DNA from: Williopsis jadinii
Taxonomy: Eukaryota
Direction: 5' to 3'
DNA length: 64,000 nt
NCBI GenBank assembly: GCA_024346625.1
Contig: AP024667.1
Coordinates: forward strand, 930,001 to 994,000
The notes under the pieces were generated by a model that saw only the letters and a program-made list of their open reading frames with translations, ran no database searches and was not told the origin of the DNA. Both the position numbers and the translations under genes were made by a program. Position 1 is the first letter of the stretch. The number at the start of each line of letters is the position of its first letter. Below are positions 25,799 to 35,738 of this stretch, piece by piece.

Positions 25799-28495
25799 TT
25801 AGCTGTCTCTATTCGTTATCGCCTGGAAATCCCTCGGATCAGCCTGCACGCCTTCTTCAATACTCTTTGATATCCATGGCATAGTGACGATTCGAACCGT
25901 CTCAACCTTGGAATCACGATATTTTGCAAGTGATGATAACTGTCCTCTCATTTGTTTCACTTGTGATTCACATGCCTCATCAGAAGATACAATTACAATG
26001 TTGCAAGTCTCCAAGTCCGAGGTTACTCGTGCACCGAATCTCTGCAGTTGTAATTCCATCATCTTCTGCTCATAGGCATCGTTGGCATACACGTAGGGTT
26101 TTAACCCTCCAAAGAGTTGAACTAGCTCTATACCTCTCAGTACAGGTCCATCGATCTGTAGTTCTTCCTGTAATACTCTCCTGAGACTCCCCGGGGTGAC
26201 CATCGCTGTGAAACCAATTCCAAGAGAATCAACTCTTTGGGCAGCAACCTCCTTCAGTTTGCTAGATACTAAAAGACAATGCTTTGGTAATACTTTACAG
26301 AGTTGCCTTTCTCTGATTGAATCGAATGTCCAATTCACCTTAAACACGTCGTATCCTTCTTCTCTTAGATAAATTGCCTGTGATGTTTTCTTATTCCCAA
26401 TGATTCTCAAGAGGGAAACATCCTCGACAAGGGCTTGGTTCTTCGTTATTGTACCCCCGTTCTTTCTAATAACGGACTCGATATCAGTGGTGAAATATTT
26501 ACAACCTTCGTAAAACCCATCAGATATCACCATGAATGTTAACCCATCAAACAGACTAGACTGTCTTGAGCTCAAGGTTAAATTCCAAACTTCTTCGTCC
26601 CGGTTTTCCAATTTTCTCTTCCTTTGCAATCTTTTTCTTTGAACGTTTAACTTGTGTAAATCATCCCCAACATCCCTGCTAGAAAGCTTGATCTCTTTAT
26701 ACTCATCAAGTGTTGTCGCTGTTTTCCAGTCCTTATCGTCTCTAATTCTCCTACTGTATGCGTTATACAAAGTGGTTTCCACTTTATAGTTTCTCGACAG
26801 TGATCTATCGACAGATCTTGCCTTGACTTCAATGACAAAGGATTCTCTTGGATCGATCCACTCTGGAGGTATCTTTTTACCAAACTCGATCAAGTCAATC
26901 GGAGGCATGCACGTCTCGGTTGACTTCCATTTACCTCCTGTCAATTCTTCAATCTTTCTGTAATCATCCTGATCAAATCCATTAGCCACTCGACAAAAAC
27001 ACCAAAACAAAGGTGAATCATCAACTTTTAATCCACAGTAGTATATATCCTTTTTAGACTTTTCACGTCCAATGACAACAAGATCAACATTTTCACCAAA
27101 TTGTTCTAAGTATTCAGGTTTGATTTTGACCCAAAAATCCGACCTCTTATCCATATAGTACTTACTCTGTAACTGCTTCACCATTATACCTTCCAAACCT
27201 TTGGATATCGTTGTTTCGAGTGCCTTCACAATCATGGATTCATCAGTTGCTCTAACAGAGTTTATAATTTCCACAAAGGTTTCCGTTGGTCTTAGAACTG
27301 CATTTAGGAATTCCTTTCTATGTTCCAGCGTTTTGTAAACCAAGGATGATCCATTCAAGTGCAAAATGTCAAAGACTATGAACAAAGGTCTTGCTGTAAG
27401 TCTGTCGCATTCAGTTATGTTCCCATGTATCCTTTGCAATTCCTGGACTGCTGAACTCTTCAATGCCCCAAAGGGCAATATGGCATTTCTTTCGGGGTCA
27501 TAGGTGACCATTTCGCCGTCCAATACTGCTGATTGGACGTTTTCCAAGAATCTCAAGTGTGGTGAAATACAACCGCTGGTTAGTGAATCTCCATAAAGAT
27601 AGGTATAATCTGTACCACGGCGGGACCAGTAGCGTATCTCTTCGCCGTAGTTGATATAGTGCATCTGGATCCTTTCGCCATCCAATTTCTCCTCGATGAC
27701 GAAGTTTGACTGAAATGATTGAACCAGGTTAGCATATGAAATGTTTGGCTTCTTAGCCAGTTGCGGTGAGAATGGGAATCCCAAGTTTATGCTCAACTCT
27801 GCTTGAGATAGTCTTTTTCCAGGGTCATACAACTTATCGCACAGATGCCTCAGATCTGAAACCACCTTCAGGTAGTTTACAGCATCCGGGTGCCACATAT
27901 AAAGGACTGTGTTCTCCATGTTTCTAACGATGTTCTTCTTCAGAAGGATATCCAGAAAATACCTTACTTCGACAAAGCACATGTTATCTAAGCAGTGTCT
28001 CAGTATCGTCATCTGTTCCTGCTTTTTACAATCCAGACTGGAAAGTCTGTCCAGTATCCTGTTCAATTCCTCGATAGAGATACCCCCACCTTTAACGTCT
28101 GGCCTTCTTTCACGCAGTACCTCAACACATATCTTCGACATCCTTTCACCAGTGCCTCGCTTCCAGTTGATAACTCGTTCAGTAGTTGAGGAACTCTTCG
28201 GAATCTTCAGCAATTCCAAGACTCGCTTCCCAAGGTAGTAATCCTTGATATTGTACAGTCTCTCACGGTCCTTATTCGGCATGATGAGTCTCAACGCTGG
28301 GAAGAACTGTGGTCCCACAGTTCCTCTCCAGTGCTGTATAAACACTTCAACAACTTTCCTCTTCTGCTCAGTGACGGTTAACTTGTTGTTCTCTGCATGG
28401 ATTCTATCCAACTTCACAAACAATTCTTCACAGAGCCACTTGAAGCTCGGTAATGGTCCACCAAAGTTCTCCGGAGAAGGCTCCTGGTCCATCAT
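25799..28495 (-). CDS. DNL4: DNA ligase IV (NHEJ)
   Basis: Adenylation motif EEKLDGERIQMH, YWSRRGTDYTYLYG, EGIMVK, WVKIKPEY, two C-terminal BRCT-like domains. Confidence 0.97.
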   Translation of the reverse strand: MMDQEPSPENFGGPLPSFKWLCEELFVKLDRIHAENNKLTVTEQKRKVVEVFIQHWRGTVGPQFFPALRLIMPNKDRERLYNIKDYYLGKRVLELLKIPKSSSTTERVINWKRGTGERMSKICVEVLRERRPDVKGGGISIEELNRILDRLSSLDCKKQEQMTILRHCLDNMCFVEVRYFLDILLKKNIVRNMENTVLYMWHPDAVNYLKVVSDLRHLCDKLYDPGKRLSQAELSINLGFPFSPQLAKKPNISYANLVQSFQSNFVIEEKLDGERIQMHYINYGEEIRYWSRRGTDYTYLYGDSLTSGCISPHLRFLENVQSAVLDGEMVTYDPERNAILPFGALKSSAVQELQRIHGNITECDRLTARPLFIVFDILHLNGSSLVYKTLEHRKEFLNAVLRPTETFVEIINSVRATDESMIVKALETTISKGLEGIMVKQLQSKYYMDKRSDFWVKIKPEYLEQFGENVDLVVIGREKSKKDIYYCGLKVDDSPLFWCFCRVANGFDQDDYRKIEELTGGKWKSTETCMPPIDLIEFGKKIPPEWIDPRESFVIEVKARSVDRSLSRNYKVETTLYNAYSRRIRDDKDWKTATTLDEYKEIKLSSRDVGDDLHKLNVQRKRLQRKRKLENRDEEVWNLTLSSRQSSLFDGLTFMVISDGFYEGCKYFTTDIESVIRKNGGTITKNQALVEDVSLLRIIGNKKTSQAIYLREEGYDVFKVNWTFDSIRERQLCKVLPKHCLLVSSKLKEVAAQRVDSLGIGFTAMVTPGSLRRVLQEELQIDGPVLRGIELVQLFGGLKPYVYANDAYEQKMMELQLQRFGARVTSDLETCNIVIVSSDEACESQVKQMRGQLSSLAKYRDSKVETVRIVTMPWISKSIEEGVQADPRDFQAITNRDS

Positions 28496-28701
28496 TTATG
28501 GGCTGACCAACTACCTGTTGATGTGGAGAAACATGATGAAGTTCTCGGAGATGTCTGGTTGTTTTTGTTTTTTTAAGTAGGCCGCCGAGTACGTTTTTGT
28601 GTCACTTTGCATTTGTTTACATTTTCTGAAACATCATATAATGTAATATTATGGTTATAATTATAATTATCAAAAGGCAATCATAATCAATGGAGATCAA
28701 A

Positions 28702-29826
28702 TCATGAGAGGTTTATATAGTTCGATGAGAACGCTCTTGGTCTCATCAATTTTTCGTTTATCATAAATGTTGTGGAACTGTTGTCATCGTCGTCGTCATC
28801 AATGTCCATGGGATGTGTCAGGCTTTCATATGGATCCAGATGTGAAAGAGTGTCTGAGAGTACCAGTGTTTCCTGCTTCAGATACTCATCTAGAGAACCA
28901 TTAGTCTCATATGCTCCATTTAGTAATGTTGGTGACGATAGATGCGAATGCTGCGTCTCTGTAGTCGGGTCTAATTTGGGTGTATTACAAGTGGTTGTCT
29001 TCCTGTTCCTCGTCCTCATCTTTATAGTTCTTCTCTTCTTGGTGCTGCTCACCGGAGTGGACTCCTGTTGATACTGCGGCTGTGATAACGATATCCTCTG
29101 CACAACCCCTTCCACTCCACTGGCTTTCAGCGAAAGGGTATCGTAACCTTGTGTGTTGATCCTCTGTGGAAGAGTTAAGGGCGTACAGTCCCTTTCAAAC
29201 TCATCATCTTCATAGTAGCTCCGTCTCATACGTTCCAACTCCTTGAAATGATGCTCTTCCAAGTGATGTGATCTGGCAATCATCCCAGGCAGGTCCTGTT
29301 TCAGATACTCCGTGACAATGTTCAAGGCATCGGTTTTCAACATCTCAAACAAGTCATCATCCAGGAGCTCATCAATGGTGGTGTGTATCTCCAGATCAAC
29401 CATCGGCTCATCGTTGAAAACCACTGTGACGTTGTCACCTTTTGTGACCACGGTGAACAGCAAATCCAGGCGTAACTTATCAATGGTGAAATCCACAGGT
29501 AAAACCGTCGAGCAGTTCGCCAATACGTAGTGAGGCTTTGTGAAATCGTCGTAGTCGATGAGATTTATCGCGTTGATCTCGATGTTGGAGCGAAGCACAA
29601 CCTTCAGCTCACCACTGTATTCAAATTTGAATAACCCTTTAAACCTTTCCTCGGTTAACTCAACGATATCCAAAAGCTCAAAGACAGGCTTGGAGTCGCC
29701 CCAGAGCAGCTCTGTGATACTGACCTTATCTGGGAAGTGTGGAATCGACATATGTTCCAACATCGAGTTCACTTTGGACTTCAAGTCCAGGGAGTGCAGA
29801 GACATCCAGTCAAATAGAAAGGACAT
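28702..29826 (-). CDS. MDM34: ERMES subunit Mdm34-like SMP-domain protein
   Basis: MSFLFDW start, ITELLWGDSKPVFELLDIVELTEERFKGLFKFEYSG, VFNDEP, LKQDLPGMI and KKRRTIKM resemble fungal Mdm34. Confidence 0.7.
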   Translation of the reverse strand: MSFLFDWMSLHSLDLKSKVNSMLEHMSIPHFPDKVSITELLWGDSKPVFELLDIVELTEERFKGLFKFEYSGELKVVLRSNIEINAINLIDYDDFTKPHYVLANCSTVLPVDFTIDKLRLDLLFTVVTKGDNVTVVFNDEPMVDLEIHTTIDELLDDDLFEMLKTDALNIVTEYLKQDLPGMIARSHHLEEHHFKELERMRRSYYEDDEFERDCTPLTLPQRINTQGYDTLSLKASGVEGVVQRISLSQPQYQQESTPVSSTKKRRTIKMRTRNRKTTTCNTPKLDPTTETQHSHLSSPTLLNGAYETNGSLDEYLKQETLVLSDTLSHLDPYESLTHPMDIDDDDDDNSSTTFMINEKLMRPRAFSSNYINLS

Positions 29827-30469
29827 GATGATATGTTGCTGCGCCAGCAGATGCTTCCCTTTTCCAGCTCTATAATCGATGCACAACGCTACCGGGAACA
29901 GATATAACACTCCCTCTGAAATGTGCGGATTATTTGATAGTGTCTAATAGTCAAATGCCCAATAGCTGATGCTCAAGTGGATTAACAATGAGTTCCATGA
30001 GATGAGTAGTGAAGCGTATAAAATTTTGTGACAGCTTCATACGCAGAACCCGTGGCCCCGAAACAGAGAGAGGAAATTGTTGGGGGAGGGCGGTTGGGGG
30101 CGGTTGCTCCCCCCTCAGTTGCTGTGGTTACCAGCTTATGGGATTGAGGGTGTTAGGGTGTTGGAATGTTGAGATGTGCGGGTGTTGTGTAATCCTGGTT
30201 CAAGGGGCGCAAGTGCTCTACCACCATTCAAGACAGTTATCACTATATTGTGCTATATAGGTTAGATACTGTGTACTATCGTATGCTATCATCAGAAACC
30301 TCTCAAAACAGCACGCTCTCTGTTGGTAGCGCTCCCATAGCATAGGTGCTCCACTAGTGATAACGGTTCTCAGTTGCGTGGTGTTTGGATGTAATATGAC
30401 ACATTGTGGTTGCTATAAGGTTACGAGAGCAATATGGAGGCAGTATGCGCTTGCCTCCCTGTCTCTCTC

Positions 30470-31048
30470 TCAAATCTCTGGCTCCACAACCCTTGGAGCG
30501 TTGTATTCAGGCCATGAGTAAACCCAAACAACGTCTCTCGGGGTGGTCTTTGGTCTGAAGATATACCAAGTCTTCTTGGGTATCACCTGGTGATCCCAAT
30601 GAGGTACCAACTGAGGCTTGTCGTCAACTTCAAGCATCAGTTTATCAACGTCGTGTGCGTATTTGGACTTTGAGCCCTGTTGTTGCCTGTCAACAACGCT
30701 GTTTATTGTAGGTCGACACCTGTGAGGTTTAAGCTGTCCCCAGTACGCCCGTAGCTTATTCATGGTCTGTTTCCTCGTCCATTTCTGATCAAGCTTCTTC
30801 TTGTAGTAGTCAAACCGGTCAGTAAAATTGATGTAGATGGTTTCGTACTCGTACGGCTTGGGCCCATATTTCAAGTAGACAAACACGTTGTATATAATGA
30901 CACAGACGAGATAGAGGAATACCATGACAATGGAAATGAAGAAGCCATAAATCATCCAGACAGGGCTCGTATGGTTCTCAATCCACTGTATCCATGGCAC
31001 AAGGAAGAACTCCCTGGCCTTTACTGTTTCTTCCGTTTGGATATACAT
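30470..31048 (-). CDS. Hypothetical single-pass membrane protein (192 aa)
   Basis: ATG-initiated ORF with a hydrophobic segment (WMIYGFFISIVMVFLYLVCVIIYNVFVYL) followed by a basic tail; family not recognised. Confidence 0.65.
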   Translation of the reverse strand: MYIQTEETVKAREFFLVPWIQWIENHTSPVWMIYGFFISIVMVFLYLVCVIIYNVFVYLKYGPKPYEYETIYINFTDRFDYYKKKLDQKWTRKQTMNKLRAYWGQLKPHRCRPTINSVVDRQQQGSKSKYAHDVDKLMLEVDDKPQLVPHWDHQVIPKKTWYIFRPKTTPRDVVWVYSWPEYNAPRVVEPEI

Positions 31049-31238
31049 AGAGTCGATGTTTGCTTGTAATTGACGGAATTATGGAAACAGGGTAGACATT
31101 GGTGTGGAAACATGGTCTTACTTATAGTAAATTGGTATTTGAATTGAGTCCTTAAGTACATACGCCCTTGAGGTAATACGCTTTAAAATTTGATCGACAA
31201 CGGCTGTCTCACAATTGGCTGCATTTATACCATTGCGA

Positions 31239-32138
31239 TCATTGTGCGATTTGTAAGCCCTCCAAGGACTCAGGAAGTACTTGGTCTTCCTCCTCCTCCT
31301 CCTCTTCACTCTCGTTCACTATTAGGTTCCCCAATGAATCGTACTTTGGCTCCCTCTCTATTATGTTCCCCAAAGAGTCATATTGCACCTCGCTGTTCTC
31401 TCCATCCTCTTCTTCCTCTTCCTCATCATCATCGCTACTGTATCTGCGATTAACGTTGCCCATTTCCCATATATCCTCATCTTTGTTGTGCATCTTCCTC
31501 TGCCTAACCTCCTCTTGCAACTTCTCCAGCCACTCTTCCTCCACTTTCTTTACACTCGCAGAGTCCGTGCACTGCTGGTACAACTCCAGCAGCTCCTTGT
31601 TGATCTCCAAAAACGCTAACCCCCATGAAAAGTTGCTCAGAAGGTCCTCTGCCCAGTCAACATGTCCTACAATCGCCAGGCAGGCGGCAATGGCCTCAAC
31701 ACAGTTCAACTTCCACGGTCTTCCGTAGTTCACCTGGTTGGCAGCTACGAGGTAGGGCAATAGCCTCTCATGTTTGCCGCCGATCTTATTGAACGGAATC
31801 TCGTCCAGCCTGGCCCAAGAACACTCCACCACTGCCACTCCGTTCTGCTCAACAACCTCCAGGTCATTGGGACACACAACACCTTGTCCATTCGGTGAAA
31901 CAACTATACCTTGGAACTTCTGGCCCACACGCATGTTCTTGATCAGCCCCAGCCTCTCCAGCTTCTTGCCTGAACAACGCTTTGGATCACAATGGTCAAA
32001 GTCCCACATCGCCAGCTTAGTGTGGAACTTGTCGTTCTTCGCAGTGTACTGCTTGGTCTCCGTGCGTCTGCTGTGCTTACCAGCATGCTTCACAGGCTTC
32101 CCTCGGGACTCGGCGTCCTTGTTCTTGCCCTTGGCCAT
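31239..32138 (-). CDS. TSR3: 18S rRNA aminocarboxypropyltransferase
   Basis: KLAMWDFDHCDPKRCSGKKL, VVECSWARL, ERLLPYLVAANQVNYGRPWKLNCVEA; acidic tail; ATG at 32138. Confidence 0.98.
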   Translation of the reverse strand: MAKGKNKDAESRGKPVKHAGKHSRRTETKQYTAKNDKFHTKLAMWDFDHCDPKRCSGKKLERLGLIKNMRVGQKFQGIVVSPNGQGVVCPNDLEVVEQNGVAVVECSWARLDEIPFNKIGGKHERLLPYLVAANQVNYGRPWKLNCVEAIAACLAIVGHVDWAEDLLSNFSWGLAFLEINKELLELYQQCTDSASVKKVEEEWLEKLQEEVRQRKMHNKDEDIWEMGNVNRRYSSDDDEEEEEEDGENSEVQYDSLGNIIEREPKYDSLGNLIVNESEEEEEEEDQVLPESLEGLQIAQ

Positions 32139-32186
32139 ATTCTGTCTCGTGATGGAGTCCCAGTGAGCTGTGCCTTGGTTCATTCC

Positions 32187-32207
32187 GATGAGCATTGAAT
32201 TTTTTTC
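32187..32207. promoter_or_regulatory. PAC (GATGAGC) and RRPE-like (TGAATTTTTTTC) ribosome-biogenesis elements in the TSR3 promoter
   Basis: Both motifs are adjacent, about 50-70 bp upstream of the TSR3 ATG. Confidence 0.7.
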
Positions 32208-32322
32208 CGGCCTCTTCACCTTGTCTCCTGGTACCGGGCAACAATGGCAGTTTCTCCGGTGAGGAGCTTATTGGTGTTTTTTACGCGTACTGACGCGTCG
32301 CTGTGTGTGCGGTTTGGTGGCT

Positions 32323-32370
32323 GCTGGCGTCGCTGGCGTAGCTGGCGTAGCTGGCGTAGCTGGCGTAGCT
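32323..32370. repeat. 9-bp tandem repeat (GCTGGCGTA) x~5
   Basis: gctggcgtc gctggcgta x4 gct between TSR3 and PMT6. Confidence 0.9.
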
Positions 32371-32474
32371 GTGCTGGGATTACACGCTTTTGCAGAGCAA
32401 CTAGTAGTGCCGGTTCGATGATAAATAAACCATTAAATAAGTAGCTATTCAGACGTTTGAGGTGGTTACTCTGG

Positions 32475-34754
32475 CTAGAAGTTCCAGGTTGGAAGCAGCT
32501 TGAGGTGCTTGTAGCTGTCCTTGCTGCCGGACATACCTTGATGGAACTCCCTGAAGTACCAGAAGGTGAACAGTAAGAGGCCGAAACTTATGGCGTAGCC
32601 TGTGTGCTTGGTGGCGTTGCGTGAGCTCCCAACGGTCAGCTCGATCATGTACCCGAGTACGAAGAGTGCAAAGAACAACGCTGGAGGGTAGTGATGCACA
32701 TATGTGACTCTTCCCATGAGGCAGAATGGTAAAAAGTGTAGCAACCAGCCCAAGAACGGATACAGTCCCTTGGTGGTATAGTTCCAGAACGTCACATAGT
32801 CACAGTCGAGAGTCTGTCTTTGAAGCCTTATTATGTAGTACAAGGTGAGGAAGGCGAAGCTGACAACAGCCAGCGAAGAGCCCCAGGTGTTGAAGACGTT
32901 ACCGATAAGGAAATATCTCAGCTTATCGTCAGTGAAACCTGACATTCTCATGCCCAGGTACAGAGTTGGCCATTGCCACCATTTCGATGCCAATTTGTCG
33001 TACTTATCACTATCTGGAACCAATGCATTGTTGGAAGCAGCCATGGCAAAGTTCACACGGATGAAGTCTTCAAAGAAATTGGAAGCTGGTGGAACGTAGT
33101 ACTCATCAATGGTCAGCTTATTGTTCTTGTGGTTTTCAACGTTCCAGTGCGTTGATGTGTCCAATGGATTCCCAGAAAACTTACAGACAACTTCGCCCTG
33201 TCTGGCACCCCATGTTGGGTATTGAAGGCCAGTTGAGGCCAAATAGCAGCCAAGCACAGCGTGCTTCAGTTTAAAAGTGGTGGACAACGGATGGATAACG
33301 GCTCTGTCCTCATTGGCATAAGATTGGTTCTTTGGGAACGCCTGAGAGACGATTTCGACGATCCAATCGTCTTTAAGATCTCTGATCTTATCGTCTCCGT
33401 AACATGAAACCTCGTAATGTTGATAGGAAACATGTGCAGGGATCTCATGGCTGTGTAAATTTGCCCCAGTGGCCTTATGGACAAGTCTGACTGCATCACC
33501 ATCTCTAACTGGGATATGATCTGTCGAGTTGTTCAGAGTTCTCCCATCTCGACGGGCAAATTTGAAGATCCAGTTGTTATTTGCGTCGAAGAATCCATAC
33601 GTTGTGACTTGCTTTTGAAGAGACCCTGATGGATACTTCTTCGTATGAGAATGTAACAGCTTTGTACTCAATCCCTTGGATCTTATCGTGACTTCTGAAC
33701 CAAACACAACGTCTCGTGGTGAGCTCGAAATCTTTGTCCCTTCCAGCTGTGCCTGGAAGAGAGAGGACGCTGAGGAATCGCCTTTCCCTGTCTTATAAAG
33801 AATGGAGAAATGGATCTTGAAACAGACGGCATAGATGACAAATGGGATAAACACCAAAGTGGCTATACGCACGAGCCAGTGCTTTGAATACTTCTTCCAT
33901 GAGATTCCCTTGTCAAACAGCTTCTCAGCGAGGTCCTGTATGACGAACAGGCCGTAAAGAACCGTGACGAAAAGACCAACCCACTTCACAGAGCATACAC
34001 AGCCGATGGATATCCCGGAGATCACCATCCATGTGTACCATTCTTTGGAGAACTCCAAGTTTCTACGCTTCAGTTGCATGATCTTTGCCAAACTCATAAA
34101 CGTTGTTGCTGTGAAGAACAGGAGGATGGAATCCAGCAGAACAAACTTGCCCAGTGTTATGAAGGAAGATTCCAAGGCAACCATCAGGGTAATCAAATGA
34201 ACCGTCAGCGGCCTGTATGACAGCCATCTGGCTGTCCAATACGCTGGCGGAATCACTGCTATGCTGAACAAGGCGTTGAACACTCTCATTGTGACGAAAT
34301 CAACCTCCTCCGGGTATTTGGAGCCTGACTTGAAGGCAAACTCAGGGTCGTGGAACCCTGCGATCCACTCACTGAGCGCAATGAGCATCTTACCGAGAGG
34401 CGGGTGGACGTCGTGATAAAACGTGTGGTTCATGTAATAGGAGCCAAATCTGGCGAAATGTGCTTCGTCCCAAACAACGCTCTTAGACCAGCCTATACGG
34501 TACAGTCTGAAGTAGGCGGCTATCAACGTATACACCAGTGTGGACACCCATGGCTCCAATCTCGCGAGCAGAGCACGCTTAGCACCGAATGGCTGTGCTT
34601 GTTTCTTCAAAGCGTCGCCATCATCCTCGTCTCCCTCGCCAGAGGGGTTCAGATCCACACCTTCGCCTTTAATGCTGTTCACAGTCGTCCTCTTCTTCAC
34701 GTGCGAAGAGCCCACGCCGCGCTTGGACGACGAACCCGTGGACACCGCGTACAT
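32475..34754 (-). CDS. PMT6: Dolichyl-phosphate-mannose protein O-mannosyltransferase (PMT2 subfamily, Pmt6 type)
   Basis: VVWDEAHF, YHDVHPPLGKMLIALSEW, IGCVCSVKWVGLF, MIR domains (LLHSH, NLHSH), MGRVTYVHHY. Confidence 0.88.
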   Translation of the reverse strand: MYAVSTGSSSKRGVGSSHVKKRTTVNSIKGEGVDLNPSGEGDEDDGDALKKQAQPFGAKRALLARLEPWVSTLVYTLIAAYFRLYRIGWSKSVVWDEAHFARFGSYYMNHTFYHDVHPPLGKMLIALSEWIAGFHDPEFAFKSGSKYPEEVDFVTMRVFNALFSIAVIPPAYWTARWLSYRPLTVHLITLMVALESSFITLGKFVLLDSILLFFTATTFMSLAKIMQLKRRNLEFSKEWYTWMVISGISIGCVCSVKWVGLFVTVLYGLFVIQDLAEKLFDKGISWKKYSKHWLVRIATLVFIPFVIYAVCFKIHFSILYKTGKGDSSASSLFQAQLEGTKISSSPRDVVFGSEVTIRSKGLSTKLLHSHTKKYPSGSLQKQVTTYGFFDANNNWIFKFARRDGRTLNNSTDHIPVRDGDAVRLVHKATGANLHSHEIPAHVSYQHYEVSCYGDDKIRDLKDDWIVEIVSQAFPKNQSYANEDRAVIHPLSTTFKLKHAVLGCYLASTGLQYPTWGARQGEVVCKFSGNPLDTSTHWNVENHKNNKLTIDEYYVPPASNFFEDFIRVNFAMAASNNALVPDSDKYDKLASKWWQWPTLYLGMRMSGFTDDKLRYFLIGNVFNTWGSSLAVVSFAFLTLYYIIRLQRQTLDCDYVTFWNYTTKGLYPFLGWLLHFLPFCLMGRVTYVHHYPPALFFALFVLGYMIELTVGSSRNATKHTGYAISFGLLLFTFWYFREFHQGMSGSKDSYKHLKLLPTWNF

Positions 34755-35738
34755 TGCAACACTATCAGCCTACAGTTAGCAATACTCGCTCAAGTTCTTC
34801 TGAAACAGAATCCAAAGTGCTCCAGCAACAGTATCAGCAGCTAATACTCGGCTGTCTTCCACCGTGTCTCCTTTTTTAGTTCCTTCGAGAATTGATACTG
34901 GCCCATAACTTTTGCTAGCCGTGCATGAGGCGTCCAGGTGCTCGCGTCGACTGTTCTTTGGGTATTAGGTGTCTTGGTGCGTTGGTGTGGGCCCCGGTGG
35001 GGTGTTGCTGGTGGTGGGATGGCGGTGGTGTTTGGTGGTGAAGATGAGCTGGTGGTTTAGGCGATGTGGCTTGGTGGGCTATGTGTGGTTTTGGAACGTT
35101 GTTGTGGTTACCTCACGGTGCTGAGGCTTGTTTTGATATTGATCCTTTCGTCGTTGCTGTGGTTACCTGCTTTGTGTGTTTTTCCAGTTTACATCCGAAA
35201 GTGGTACTTTTCCTATTCCGGAAAATGGTTGGTGGTTATGAGCCCGTGTTGGGCCTCCACACACACTCCCCCCACGGTATACAAAACACCGGAGCCTATG
35301 CCATGAGGCCCTATTCTGCTGGGAGACCCTCTTGCACCACTTAGTCTCGACCAATTCACTCGGAAAGGCCCCTTGGACGTGGATCAACAACGCCCTAAGG
35401 TGGTTGTATTACGTAAGCACTTACAATGTCGTGCGATATCCGACCGTGGTACTCCCGAGAGCGTATAGACTTATCCTCGGATCTCGCTTCGGTACTAAGC
35501 CGGTGTGGGTTTTCACTGTGCTTCCTTCACTGCCCATCTCACAGTGCTTGCTCCACCAGTCAAGGGCCCAGTGCTTGGAGAATTCACACGTCCAGGAGAG
35601 AAGATCCGAATCGTTTCAGCTGGTGCCATCATTCGGTCAGTGCCTACCGTTGCTGTTCACTGTTCCACGCTCCCTACTATATAAGACAGCTTCTTGGGAA
35701 CAGAGACTACTAGCGGGCTTGTAACAAAGAGAGGGCCG

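Noticed and set aside
35064..35306. 80-aa hydrophobic ORF in the PMT6-VRL1 intergenic region
   Set aside because: Arises from GT-rich promoter sequence; no recognisable family
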